NCBI RefSeq assembly: GCF_964204865.1
Contig: NC_135253.1
Coordinates: 14,136,001-14,200,000 of the forward strand
Length of the DNA stretch: 64,000 bases
Direction: 5' to 3'
Origin: Styela clava
Taxonomy: Eukaryota
The notes below the pieces were generated by a model. That model saw only the letters and a program-made list of their open reading frames with translations, searched no databases and was not told where the DNA came from. Positions 1 to 12,870 of this stretch are shown here, piece after piece; the stretch's first letter is position 1, and every line of letters starts with the position of its first letter. Made by a program: the position numbers and the translations under genes.

Positions 1-1521
1 AGACCTTTATTTTCTCATTTAATCCATTTTCATTCCTAAATATGAATAACATATTCTCCTTCCACGAAATAGTACCGGTACGGTTTAGTTATGAGCTTTC
101 GTTAGATCGTACCATAGTCTAACTTCTTCAGATAAAACAAGATATGGCTTAATCAAACAGCAATAATGATTTATTCTTAATTAGTCTTATTTTTTAACTT
201 TTACAAATACCAGAATACCGGTACCGGTACCCAATATAATAACCGTACAATGACTAATGGCAGAATGGGCAAGAAGGGGAATTTTCACGCAGAATTGCGA
301 ATGTACCGGTACCGTACGGTAGATATTTAAAACTGATATTAACCGTATTCTAGTATTCGGCATTCAGACAGTGGAATCATACCGGTGAAACCTACAGTAT
401 TGGCCGCACAGTTACAAAAAAAATATTTATTTAAATTAAATCCGCGCATGTACGGCTTACGGCATTGTCTGATTGTAAGCTGTCCATACCAAATACTGAA
501 ATATCTGAGTCCAAAAGTTGAATTCTAGAATACATAACTATTAAGATCACTTTTAAACACAATGTAATGGAAAAATACTACACACATCTCCTTAACGAGA
601 AACAAAGAACCTGCCAAACTCAACGCTTCAAGTACCGAAGCGTGGCAAGGGTGAAGGAACAAGAACGAGGTTGGAAAGACATCGCAAACATTTCGCAATG
701 AGCTGTCAAAGTCCCGGATGTACAGTAACCACGGCGCTCAGCATGCGTTGGTACGATATTTTCGGTGACCGTATTTTCCGTTCTTTTGAATGTGGGAGTA
801 TGAATACAAAATAGGTATGGATGCACACAAACGAAAAGTAAGTGTCTATATGCATCAATGCAATATATTTCAATGGTTTTCATTTCATTTTCAATAGTTT
901 TTCATTATAATAGTCATTCGTGATTGAGAACAGTCCTAGTTATAAACAGTGGAATATGTTTCTATCCCGAATATCAAATTAGGCCAACGGCTTCGGACAT
1001 ATAAGACTGTACGTGCTGATTAGTGGTCCCGCTTGCATGGAATTTAATTTAAAAAAAGATTTTTGCACTTGAGCAAAACTCAAACCAGCGGATATCAAGC
1101 TTTGTAGTCTGCTATATCATCGGCTCAAAGTTCGTGAGCCTACAGCCTTGTTTTGTGGGGATCCCCATGGCAAGGAAATTGCTGCCAAAGTGCATTTTTG
1201 CGGTTTTCAGCAAATATTGGTACCCACAAATTTGAGTTCAAAATGCTTGTTCTACTGATGCTGTGATGGCTTTCATAGAAGTACAACTTTATTTCTTCAT
1301 TCAACTTTCGGATAGTGTTAGTTGCAATTTTCTCACTTTTGGTGACGATAAAACTCTTTATTACTGGTATGATATTAAGTCCGATGATTAACTTCGTCCG
1401 GTGAATTCTAGATGGCGAACATACTCAACTTCATCTAGAATTATCCGTCGCCTGCATATATCATGGTATTTGTCAATAACATTTCGCATAATGTCAGATG
1501 CTGTTACTTGCCCTGACAATA

Positions 1522-1937
1522 TAGGCCGCGAGCCGAGGCCCTGAAAAACGCTTAGAAAGTGAGTTCGTAGCGCACTTCAGGTAACTAACTGAAAATGATT
1601 TTAAAATGTTCCTTAAAAATTCAGTAACAAATATTGCCTTGTTTCCACTTCCATAAGTTGCACGTTTTACGGAAAAGACGCTTTTACTACAAGAAATATG
1701 TGCTACGATCTGTCCTATATTCTCTACATTTCCGGTAATGAACAATGACTTCTGCATGACGTAACAATTGAATCGAATCACCTGTTAGCGAGCGGATGAA
1801 TCCTAGTTATTACTGCTCGATCTTGCGTTGAGTTGGGCAGCCTTTCCATAGCCCTGTTTAGTTATTATTAGTTAAGTTATGCTAAGACGTTGTTAAAAAG
1901 TATAAGTAAGTTATTAAACACTTGTAGGTCCTTACCA
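1522..1937. repeat. ~420-bp interspersed/satellite-like repeat, copy A; a partial second tandem unit starts at 1946
   Basis: Reverse complement aligns by eye with 6658-7080. The head 'ggccgcgagccgaggcc...gttcgtagcgcac' recurs at 1946-2010 (period ~422). ORFs 1494..1781(-) and 6830..7081(+) are similar translations of this repeat. Confidence 0.85.
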
Positions 1938-2271
1938 CGGATATGGGCCGTGAGACGAAGCCTTGAAAACCCCAGAAAATGAGTTTCGTAGCGCACATCT
2001 GGTAACTAAATAAATTCTTCAGTTTTGTGTGAAAATGAACATATTGAACGCATTACAGCTTGTTCCACAATCTTGATGCGAAATTGAATATAAGAGGTTC
2101 CCGGAAATTCAATATCCATAAGTTTACAACACATACATAAGAACTATGCAATTCGAGAGACCTACAGCACACTAACACAAATGTATTCCTGTAATGTTTT
2201 GCCTGACCAAAATCAGACTTCCTCAGTCAATCATAATTTATTAGGTAGATTACGAAAAATATGGCATAATG

Positions 2272-3463
2272 CAGGGGCGGATCAAGCCCCTTCGGTGCCC
2301 TAAGCACTGAAGACTTTGGTGCCCCCTCATGTGTAATTTAATCATGAAAACAATAAACCACATAAGTGTAATATCCATTAAAAATAATCACAACCAACAG
2401 TAAATAAAACAACTTTTACAAACATTTTTAGGTGTTTTAACTGTTATATATAGACGATATATATATCGGCCGTTTACTGCCGATATCATATATCGGCAAA
2501 CACGCAATATCGGGCCAATATATCGGTTGAGCTCTAATCCTGAGGGAGTGTGACAATGAAGATTCATGCCTCCAGTCTCAACGTGAATCGAAATACCAAA
2601 GGATACAAGTCACAACTGTAGTTTGAAATTTTACCGGTACTTTGTTGTCTATCTCAGTGTGGTTCAAAGTTGCTAGGTTGAAGGACCGCAAAAACTTTTG
2701 AGGTGGTGAAAACCCAAAAGTGATCGAAATATCGCGAGTTTACTTACTTTAAATTTAATGAAAAACGAGAGTTTACGGTTCTAATCAGACTATTATTATG
2801 TTGCATGGGTGGCGTTCTTTTGAAGAAGATATATGAAGCCTTTCGTTATTTTAAAGTTAATTCCCGAGAATTACCGTTGTATTTTGCGCATCTCGCTTCA
2901 AATTATATTCTTTCGTGACAGATATTACTTGAAATCAAACTAGACACTGTATGACGGGCAAGGAAATACGTTTCCGCCCCAACTTCCCTTATGTCACCTT
3001 TCTCGCGACACTCAGGATTTGGACCACCCTGGTCTACCTTATCAAAAAACTCCCGACTTCGCTGACCACTAGATCGTTGAAATGCGATCGTGGAACCGCC
3101 ACATAGTGTAAATAGTTCATTGGTCCAATTGGTGGAGAGAATTTTTTTTTTTAAAACAAAAATGCAGCAACAAGGAGAATAATAGAAAGAAAAAACAACA
3201 ACAATTTAAGAAAACGACTCATAGGCCCATTTCGCGTCCAAAAAAAAAGTTTCAGTGTATATTTTCAATAAAGAAGGTTAATATGATACTTGAAGACGAA
3301 AAATAAGCGAACATTTTGAGGTTTGAGTCGTCTGGTGAACTCGTAATATTTTAATAAACACCAATAAACTATATAAAATTCTGCTCTAAAATTTCTGTGG
3401 TGCCCCTCTTTGCTTGGTGCCCTAAGCACGTGCTTATATTGTTTAATGGTTAATCCGGCGCTG
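2272..3463. mobile_element. Non-autonomous hAT-type element (~1.19 kb)
   Basis: Imperfect TIRs caggggcggatcaa (2272) / ttaatccggcgctg (ends 3463); subterminal ggtgccc(taagcac) motifs at both ends; flanks cata-atg / catacatg resemble a degenerate 8-bp TSD. Confidence 0.7.
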
Positions 3464-4289
3464 CATACATGTAACCAACAACAAAAAATACTTTAATTGT
3501 GTGACAGGAGTCGCGAGTGACCTCGAAAGGTCTTCAAGCAGCGACACCAACAACGCTGATTCACATTAGCGAATAAATTTTATGTAATAGCCACAAGCAG
3601 TTTACAACAAGAACAGCATAAAAAGCTACATCCATTTTTAGAAGCTATCAAACGTATTTATTTTTAAGCAATGAAGTCACAAATTAATATCGTGAGCACG
3701 AAAACACAAAAAAAAAAAGTTATTTCTCACTTAGAAATTTACCGGAAAAGTCAAGAAAATCAAATGAACGTACAATATGTACATAATAAAGTGAACAGAA
3801 ATATTACAATTAGTCTTTTTTTAGTTTATGTGGTTATGTATTTGAACAAAGACAATATTATTTCTAGAAATAGGACTACGACACTAACAAATGTCCAAAA
3901 AAACAAACAAATAAATGATACTTATTAAATCAACTGCAATATCTAATTCACTTTCCTCTGAATTGTTTTCGAAATCCACTATCTCGAAAATCAACTTTTC
4001 CTCTATAAGTGTATTGTGATTTTTGCAGTCAATACAAAACAAAAATCTGTGCAATTTAAGTTGATTTTGGCACACTCGCATAAACTATTTAGACTATTTT
4101 TCTTACACTTGCAGTTTGCCAACTCAAGAACTGATTTGAGGGCCACATGCTTCTTCAGTGAATTATTGTTGGGTGGAAGACAGTGGCGTAGCAAGACTCT
4201 CGTGCAAATGACCCTAAAAACTCTCGGACATAAGCTAAAACAACGCTTTTTTTTTATTTCGTCAAAAAGCATAACATGTCGCTATTAAA

Positions 4290-6155
4290 AGGCAATGATA
4301 ACCGGGTGTTGGACACGTGGTGTAACACCCGAGTTATCTTCATGCCGCTCTTGATCAGGAGATTGTTAGTGGTGATCGCGAAGTTCTCCTCCGAGGAGAC
4401 AGCCCAGCAAAGACCGATACGGCGACCCATAGGGCGCAGTTGGCCCCACAGATCACCACACGGGCCAATGCGCCGCTTATCTGGCTCACAAGAGTTATCA
4501 CGATTGAGAAAGTCGATTACTAGGGCCTGCGTCGCTTCCTGGACTCGATAAAACCTCGCCCAGCCGAGCACGAGCAACCGAACGGACCATAAGAGTCGGG
4601 AAAATTCAAAGTTTTGAACGCATGGGTGACCCGAAATATGTCCGCTTCGAGGGCAACATTCAGGACGCCCAGACCCCCCACCGCAGCCGAGGAATGAAAA
4701 AACGGCTGACAGGTACGGACTGGTAATCGAAAAACGGTCCGCATTAGACAGCGAATGCTCGCGTCCAGCCGCTCGAGGTCGCGCCGACGAGAATACCGTA
4801 TCCGTAATTGGAAGAAGAGCTTAGGTAGAACTAACCTCTTCAGCGCCAACAGTTTTTGAAACGGAGTGAGCTCAGAAGCAAAGAGCTTCCGAATGTAAAT
4901 TAAAATTTGGTTTAAAAAGTCACTCCGTCCGACGATCCGGTATCCCATATTCTTGCCAAGGTACCTCCAGAAGTCATCTCGACCGAGAACAGCAACATCA
5001 CCACCATTGAGATGAAAATGCTCACTGTCCGCGACCATCGTGCCCCCGACCCCCAATGCAAGAACACGACATTTGGATGGTTTGAATTGCATACCGGACC
5101 ATCGCGTAAACTTTTCACATATTGAGAGTTGCGCCTCTAACGGATGCCGCGGCGACGCACACAGAGCAGAATCGTCTGCGTAGCCCTGGCCGTTGACGGT
5201 CACATCCGGCGCACATCGTTACTGGTAACCGACGCCCGACAAACCCCCGACGCCCCGGAGAAGAACTTCCATGACCATATTGAAAATGATTGCCGAGAGA
5301 GGGAATCATTGACGGACTCCTCTACCAGATAGAATAGGGGACGTGTTACCATCCATAGTTTGAATGGTGAACACGTTATCCCTGTAAACGTCAGCAATCG
5401 TTTCCAACATGTACCCCGGTGCACCAAAATGTCGCAGGACTTCGAGAATGGGACCATGCCTTACCGACCCGAAAGCATTACGGATGTCAAGCCACGCTAC
5501 ATGAAGATTACGCTTATGTTTCTTGGCATCCGCAATGACCGAATCAAGCAAGAAAACATGCTCGAAGACGCCTTCGGAAGGAACGAAGCCCTTCTGTTCC
5601 GGGGAAATCACTTTCCCCCTAGCTGCCCAAGACTGAAGACGACGTGCAATCACGGTTGCATAGATTTTATACAGCGTGCGGCAGATTGCGATGGGTCTCC
5701 AGTTCCCGACGTCATTCATATTGCCCTTCAGGTCCTTAGGAATAAGGATTATTCTAGAGGAGCGCCATGAACTTAAAATACGCCGGGAACTCCTGCAGAT
5801 TTCGAAGAGCTTGGAGAGAATTTCACCCCGTTGGTCAAGGCTCTTCCAAAATCCATAGGAGAGCCCATCTGGTCCCGGGGAAGTGCCAGTTTTTAAATCC
5901 CGCAAGAACTTCCGCCCCACTGACAGCCACGTCCTCCTCTACCACCACGTTATCGTGGCATCGTCCAGTCACCATCCACGTGCGGAGCCGAATCAGTGCG
6001 ATATTTTTCCTCCAGTATTGAGGATGAAATAGAGCACCGCAGACCACCAAGGGAATGATCGACCTAACCGTGTTTTTCTGATTTCTCCAGAAAGCCGCCC
6101 TCAGCTGAGGATCGAACCCCGGCCGATAACCACGTCTACAGTCCAGCAGTGTTTG
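4290..6155 (-). mobile_element. Decayed, truncated non-LTR retrotransposon RT region (RLE-type, R2/NeSL-like)
   Basis: GC-rich island. Consecutive frameshifted ORFs 5835..6158, 5306..5920, 4520..5203 and 4254..4577 give SPGPDGL, ILIPK, NWRPIA, QKGF, AWLDIRNAFGSVRH, GVRQ, YADD, RYLG and GGLG. There is a stop before YADD. No endonuclease domain is visible. Confidence 0.92.
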
Positions 6156-6657
6156 CATACCAGTACTAGACTATATCTACACTCAATTTTGATATATCAC
6201 AGTCTGAAATGCCCTATGACAGTATGAGTATGGACTATAGACTATATTTTAAAACATCAACTGTATGTCTACAACTTGATTTCTCACCTCTCAATCGTTT
6301 ACAATGCTACTTTCTTTCCACTCCGGCATAACTTACCATTGCTTCCCACGTTCTTGTCGACTCTATGAATTTAGATTTAGACCAACCGACATTAGTAAAA
6401 TTGATTATTTTCTTCTCTTTCACACAACCGTGCATTACAGAAACAGCCATTAATTTCTATTTCCAAATATGCTGTGGCCTATATAGTAGTATAAGTCTGC
6501 TGAAGAGTCATTATATTAAATTATAAACATTTCATGCAAGCCAGAAAATATCGTTGTTTGTGACATATTATTCTAGGTCTAGCCTTCCTTGTAGTTACCG
6601 CACCGTACCTATATAACAACGTCTTATGAGCTAGTGCTCAACTAAAATTGCTATTTA

Positions 6658-7080
6658 TGGTTAGGATATACAAGTGTTTAATATCTTTCTTATACTTTTC
6701 AACACCTGCTTAGAATACCTGAACTAAAAATAACTGAAAAAACTATGGAAAGGCTACTCAACGCAAAAGCGAGCAGTAGTACAACTGATATTCATCCGAC
6801 CACGGGGGATCCACCTACAGCTGACTAATTTGATTGTTACGTCAGGCAGAAGTTTGCGTTCATTGGCCCATGATACCGGAAAAGCAGAGAAAATAGGACA
6901 GATGGTAACACATATTTATTGTAGTAAAAGCGTCTTTTCTGTAAAACGTGCAACTTTTAAAAGTGGGAACAAGGCAATATTTGTTACTAAATTTCTAAGG
7001 AACATTTCAAAATCATTTTCAGGTAGTTACCTTATGTGCGCTACGAAACTGAAAGATAAATGGCCTCGGCTCACGGCCTA
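6658..7080. repeat. ~420-bp repeat, copy B (inverted relative to copy A)
   Basis: For example, gtaaaagcgtcttttctgtaaaacgtgcaac is the near reverse complement of gttgcacgttttacggaaaagacgcttttac in copy A. Confidence 0.85.
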
Positions 7081-7979
7081 ATAAAACTATTTGTTTCAAT
7101 CGAGATGAATACCTTTTTTGGAGCCTGCTGAATATTTTGAAAAGGATTTAGTTCTTTCAATTCGAGGGGAATTAATACTAGTCTCTCTGTGTCTGCTAGA
7201 TCAGTTGTCACCAAACTTTTTTGACGCGGGCCGGGGCCAATATATATTCTACGTTTCTGAGGACTCGAATAATAAATGCTATCTATATCACAGAATATAG
7301 ATCGAGAACATTCTAGGAAAACAAATATACAAGATTTCTATATCTAGACAACTATCCTGGAGAAAAAAAAAAACGAATAGTCTCCCGAATGATATCACAG
7401 GTGCTTCTGATGATTGCAAGTTTACTTGGTCATTTATACCTTTGTCACAAGACCATGCATTAACTAAGAAAATTTAATTGAAAAGGCTGTAGCCCACCGA
7501 GACACAAATTACTATGCAGAATCAAGTAAAACTGCGAAAATTTTTGTCAAAAGCATGGAAATTCAAGTGCAGTTTCAAGCATTTTGTGGCGTGTGAAGCT
7601 GCGGCAAAACCATGGCCGGATTTCCAAACCCTGGCCGCTATGGCCAAACCCATGGCGACTAAATTTTTAGCTGCCACAAACAAATGGCGAGATGCCGTTA
7701 TCACGGCAGAAAATTGAAAACCGGAGGCGGGTAAAATTTTGCTGCGGTAACCACGGCATGGCAGGGCTGCCCCTGATGGTGATACATATTGGGTAAGTTG
7801 GAACATTTTTCTTATGGATACAGTTTTGGGGTTAGGGTTCGTATTTGGGGTTCTTTCGTGGCAGGAGCTGCCATTAAGTGGTAAGAACCGCGCCTTTGGA
7901 AAATTGGTCAAAATGTGCGGCTGGCCCAATATGTTACGCAAACGAAAGAATAACGACTTTCATTGTCAAGACTGTTATG

Positions 7980-9442
7980 TTCCGTGCGTCGAGTAACATA
8001 GGCTACCTTTGCGCGGACATTTCGGAGATAATGGAAATTTTGCGAAGCTTCTTCAATTTCGTATCGACTCCGGGGATGAAGATTTGAAAAGTCATTTTGC
8101 TCGAATGGCCGGATGATACAGAATGAGATTCTTGGGGTAGCAGGCAATATGACAGTGCAAGATATCGTTATGAGAGATAATAAATCGTGTGTCCGTAATA
8201 ACCAAGGATTTGTTTGATATTTCAGGGAAAGAACGACTGAGCAATTTTTCGAGATATGTGAAAGGTAGCGAAGTGTGCGAGCGCTTCATAGGATTTGTGG
8301 AAATGGATTCCTTTTCTGCCGAAACAATTTCATCAAACATTTTGACCCACTTCTCTGGGAAGCAATATGATAGTGCAAGATATCGTTATGGGGGTTAATA
8401 AATCGTTTCCGTTCGTAATAGCCGACGAATCGTGTGATATTTCAGGAAATGAACAACTAAGCATTGTTTTGAGGTATGTGAAAGGTGTGAGCCCTCCACA
8501 TGATTTGTGGAAATGGATTCCGTTTCTACCGAATCAATTTTATCAATTATTTTGGTCCACCTCCCTGGGATAGGAATGGATTTGCAAAAACCTGGGGTAC
8601 TTGGTCATGATGGTGCAACAACAATGGCAGATTACGTGGACGGTATGCAAAAACGCATTCGTGATGAGTACCCACGCCCAATATTTGTGCCATTGCGCAG
8701 GTCTTCTGTTATCTACGCTGGCCGTTTGATTTGTCGATATAGGGAACCACTTGCGCGCACACTTCGGGCGATCGGAATCCTTGTGCGTCAGCGAAGAGCT
8801 TCATCTTCCCTTCAGAGCGTTTTCACCCTAAGAACGCAATGACTCGGACATTTCATCGAATATTTACAAAAAAGCTTGTGAAATAGTTGGCTTGAAAGAT
8901 CGGACAATTCCCAGAGTAGTCTAGATACAAGTTTATAGAGACAACGTCTGTGCTAATTCAGCCTCACCGTATTTCACCGGGAACGCTTCATTGACAATCC
9001 CTCTTTTTTGCCCTGCTATCAATTTTTTTCGAACAAAGCAGTCCTGGTGGATGAGATTGAGCCACTGTATTTGTTGAATAACCTCCTCCGGAATGAAGTG
9101 AGACAGACTGTGAGCTCCGATGTCAACGACGAATGTTTGGAGGAGTTTTTTCTGAGCGCTCGAGATTATTCAAGCGTGCACACAACAATACAGATCTTTA
9201 TGACGCTACCAGTAACAACCGTTGATGCTGTCCGGTATTTTCCCTGTATGAAATGGGTGAAGATATGGCTGCGCTCGTCAATGACGTCCAATCGTCTTTC
9301 TGATTTGTGTGTGCTTCACTTTCACCGTGAAATAGTCACTAAAGAGAAGATCAATCGGGTTGTGGCGAGCATAGTTGGCGGAAAGCGAAGGATGGACTTT
9401 TATTCGCGACGAAGTCTTTTACTGATTCAGATTGCGTTGTAA
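7980..9442 (+). mobile_element. Decayed hAT transposase (ZMYM1/THAP12-P52rIPK-like family) with C-terminal hAT dimerisation domain
   Basis: Frameshifted fragments GNFAKLLQFRIDSGDEDLKSHF, IQNEIL, VIADESCDISGNEQLSIVLRYV, ERFIGFVE, GHDGATTM and TLPVTTVDAVRYFPCMKWVKIWLRSSMTSNRLSDLCVLHFHRE. The middle is deleted and 8144-8570 is an internal duplication. Confidence 0.88.
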
Positions 9443-10210
9443 ATATTTGTTGTTTCAAATAAAAAATTGTTTGGAAAATCGGATTTTGTATTCACGAAAA
9501 TCGAGCTGAGTTGTTGAATTAGTTTGCTTTTGATCGAATGTGGTCTTTTTCTGCTTAAAGAAGTGGTGTCTCAAACCCAATATCATTGCTTAAAATTACA
9601 ATATTTGGCCACCACCAAAATTTGGGGCCGGCTACACTTTTGTCAGGGTGAAGCTCCCTCGACTAATCTGAATCTAATTCACTACAATATAGTTTACAGA
9701 TATTCGCTTTTTTGCATGCGAATCATATGCAGTTGGCATCTTTTGACAATGAAAGTTTGACTTTGTTTGAAATTCAACTCTGAACCGGATGAGTACAAAA
9801 TTTTGGCTTCACCTTTCAACTACGTAAAGTTCGACTCTAGCTATGACAAAATCCCATATTCGGTTTTTAAACTTCTATTCACATGTTGGTTCTATTCACA
9901 TGTTGGTTTATGAAAGTAGATTCAAAGCAATGACAACTCATTAGTCAACTTGTGTAATAGGCAGTAGGCTACAGCTAAACAAAATGGTTTGCAACAAAAT
10001 AAGCACGTGAGAATCTTTTTAAGTCCTCCTGGAAAAAGTTTAAATCTAGCCTATAACTTTGACATGTAATGCTGTTTTCACGTATGCGAGCTTCATTGAC
10101 GGAAGAAATAATTCCACACCAAATGATGCACACTTTCTTACGTCACATTGGTACTGAAATTATACAGTGACATATCCTTGTTACTTATAGTCTGCATGGG
10201 TTAATATGGC

Positions 10211-10625
10211 CAATGAGCTTATATACAATGAGTGGAAACTTGCAAAGATTTGCTCATTGTGGCATTGTTCCCTGCATTTTTACGTCGTCCAGCTAAATGG
10301 TTCGTTGCATATTAAGAAAACGCATTGCTCGCTGCCAAAATCCCTTGCTTCAGCCGAGTCGGGTGCGAAATTGGCCGTATTAATTTGACTTGAGGTCTTT
10401 AATTCTTCAATACATATTTGATTTTGGGTTTCGAAGTATGGTGCGCTGAAAGCATACAACTATGAGCATATGCTTATTGGGAATGCATATCTATTAGACA
10501 GAAAACGTATCTACAGAACAGAAGAAGCAGCGAACCATTTAGCTGGACGACGTAAAAAATGCAGGGAACAATGCCACAATGAGTAAATCTTTGCAAGTTT
10601 CCACTCATTGTATATATGCTCATTG
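10211..10625. mobile_element. MITE with ~98-bp TIRs and a 7-bp TSD (P-superfamily-like termini)
   Basis: Left TIR caatgagcttatatacaatgagtggaaacttgcaaagattt...ggttcgttgc (10211-10308) is the near-perfect reverse complement of 10527-10625; atatggc flanks both sides (10204-10210, 10626-10632). Confidence 0.9.
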
Positions 10626-10880
10626 ATATGGCCTATAAGAAGACCTCACCTTAAAAATTTAATGAACTCATGCAACCTGTTTATGCAATATTTAAAATAT
10701 AATTATACTTGCGGTGTGCAATCTTAAATGACATGTTTTTCCTAACCTGATATTTCTTTATAGCGTGCAATGTTGTTCTATTCAACCATCAACTATTAAC
10801 CCGTATAATTCGTTAATCATACTGTACTTGTCTTAGTTGTCCATCATTTTCATAATTATCCCAATGATATATCATAATTA

Positions 10881-10904
10881 TCTCTCTCTCTCTCTCTCTC
10901 TCTC
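10881..10904. repeat. (TC)n microsatellite
   Basis: (TC)12 run. Confidence 0.95.
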
Positions 10905-12340
10905 AAACTTTACGAACATCCCGGAAGTTCGATACATTCGAGTATCTTTTGTTTGATCATTTCTGGCCCAAGCCTCGTTTTTACTAGGTTTGTGTTTTTG
11001 TAATTTATTTTTGTGTGTATGCTGGTGGGTTGGTACATGATATCTCTCATGTTTACTCTCATGATATCTCTCATGTCTCACTTTTTTTAGGGTTTTGCTC
11101 GCCCTCCAGAATTCTCCATTTTAAATTTGTGTATATTATGGAGTGTTCAAATAAACTATCTATCTATATATCCATGAACGCAGGGAAACGGTATTGAAAT
11201 AAATGTTTTATCGACCGTTGAAAATTCTCAACAACAATTGTAATTGTTTTCACTGCTTGTATATCACGTTATGTTGTGAAAACGCGTTGCTCGTGGCATC
11301 GAAAGTCTTAATTTTAAGCGGTTTCCGGTTTGTTTATTTTTGTGTGGGAAGAAAATATTTTTATGTGTGAAAATGAAATCTCAGGACGTGTTACAGACTT
11401 TCACCGTTGATAATTATGCCTCGGGCATGCTACGCATGTATTCGTATTGCATTTATACCGGGTGATAAACCAGGTATTTTTCTTATATAATTACTGAAAT
11501 TGCACAGTTCTATGTTTATAATTTCACAAGACCACGTTTGTTATTAATTACCCCGTCAAAACCGAATTTTACAGAAAATTATTCTAAATTTTCATGAATT
11601 ATACTCGGGCTGCGCAAAGATAAGTTTTGGTTGATAAAATAACATAAATACACTCTAAACGTGAATTCGGGCATTTCTTTGCGTCAGATTTGATTTCGAC
11701 AAATGAAATGCAATCAGAATACAGAGTTAACCATATTATGCGCTTTTGACTAGGTCACTACGGAACTATCTTACTCTTGGGCCGGGGGACCCGTATGCAT
11801 ATAATACCAGGATGCTATAGCGAGATTGGAGTTAGAAATTCAAAAGATTCGCGGCACACCAACACAAATATATGTCTATAACGTTTCGTCGTTGAAAAAG
11901 AGTTCGTGTCAGCCTGGCGATCATCCCACACTCATCACCTCACTTATTGGTCGTATAAAATTGAATACAAATGTGGTTGCTTGTGTCATTTAACAAATTG
12001 CGCATAGTATGAGTAATATGACTAAATACTCACAAAAATTTAAGAATAGTGAAATTGATTTGTGTATGTTAATAATGAGCACTAGAAACAAATCGACGTT
12101 ATCAACATAAAAATAGTCCTCCACAATACAACAACAATAATTAATCACATAAAAAGTGTTTAGATTTCAATCTATACAAAATACCCATCTCCGATTCATT
12201 ACCATGAGTCGTTTTATCTTGCTGAAAGTGGTAAAAAAGTTTTTTGTCAGTTAGTCGCAGACGCCGTTGTCTCGGGTGGTAGCTGGTTAGAAAACGGGAT
12301 GAGTATAATGCCTCAACCGCCATCTGAATAGCCTCAATTA

Positions 12341-12870
12341 CAATGGTTCGCAACCTCTTTTTAGTTTGCGGACCAGTAAAATTTCAAAACTGATGCTGTG
12401 GACCGTTGAACCTTTAAAATTAAACCAGAATTTCAAACACACAAAACTCACAAAACAATTCAATTTGATGAGAAATTTGCTTCTGTCTTTCAGATATCAG
12501 GGGTGTCAAACGCGATTCCAATAAAGTTTCTGCAAGGCGAGGTAGAGCGTTGACTTTCACACGATTTGGTCTCGATAAAATGCTCTTCTCAAATAAGCAA
12601 GTTGTACGAAACATCAGCAGTAATTTAATGGATTTGTCACCTATCTCAGGATATACTTTCTAATATAATGCGACAACCAAATCTGTGACAATGGTATCCA
12701 GCCGTTCAGAACTTAAAATGGGCGTAGGACCCTCTGACCATGTTTGGTTTACGCATCAATATGAGGTAAAACTCACTAAATAAATGGGCAGGCCATCAAT
12801 AATATATGTATGGAATATATTTGGCGGACCCGCAAGAAGGTTGACGCGGACTGGCGTTTGAGAACCACTG
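12341..12870. mobile_element. hAT-Charlie-type MITE remnant
   Basis: TIRs caatggttcgcaac / gtttgagaaccactg with subterminal gcggacc motifs; no intact TSD. Confidence 0.6.

Noticed and set aside
570-810. Possible piggyBac cysteine-rich tail on the + strand (KQRTCQ...SCQSPGCTV...)
   Set aside because: Needs frameshifts, key Cys/His residues are missing, and no upstream transposase or TIR is visible.
1494-7081. Similar ORFs 1494..1781(-) and 6830..7081(+) as a paralogous gene pair
   Set aside because: They are translations of the ~420-bp DNA repeat; similarity extends beyond the ORFs and there is no protein motif.
4181-9642. One large hAT element from cagtggcgtagc (4181) to gctacacttttg (9642)
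   Set aside because: TIR match is poor and the flanks show no TSD.
9872-11080. Short tandem duplications (ttctattcacatgttgg x2 near 9872; catgatatctctcatgt x2 near 11036) as CRISPR-like arrays
   Set aside because: Only two units each, no spacers, eukaryotic context.
11320-11475. ETS-like ttccgg, a short ATG ORF and a cag|gtattt donor as an upstream coding exon of the IkB-like gene
   Set aside because: The ORF stops before the donor and an in-frame TGA precedes ATG 13983; at most an unproven non-coding exon.
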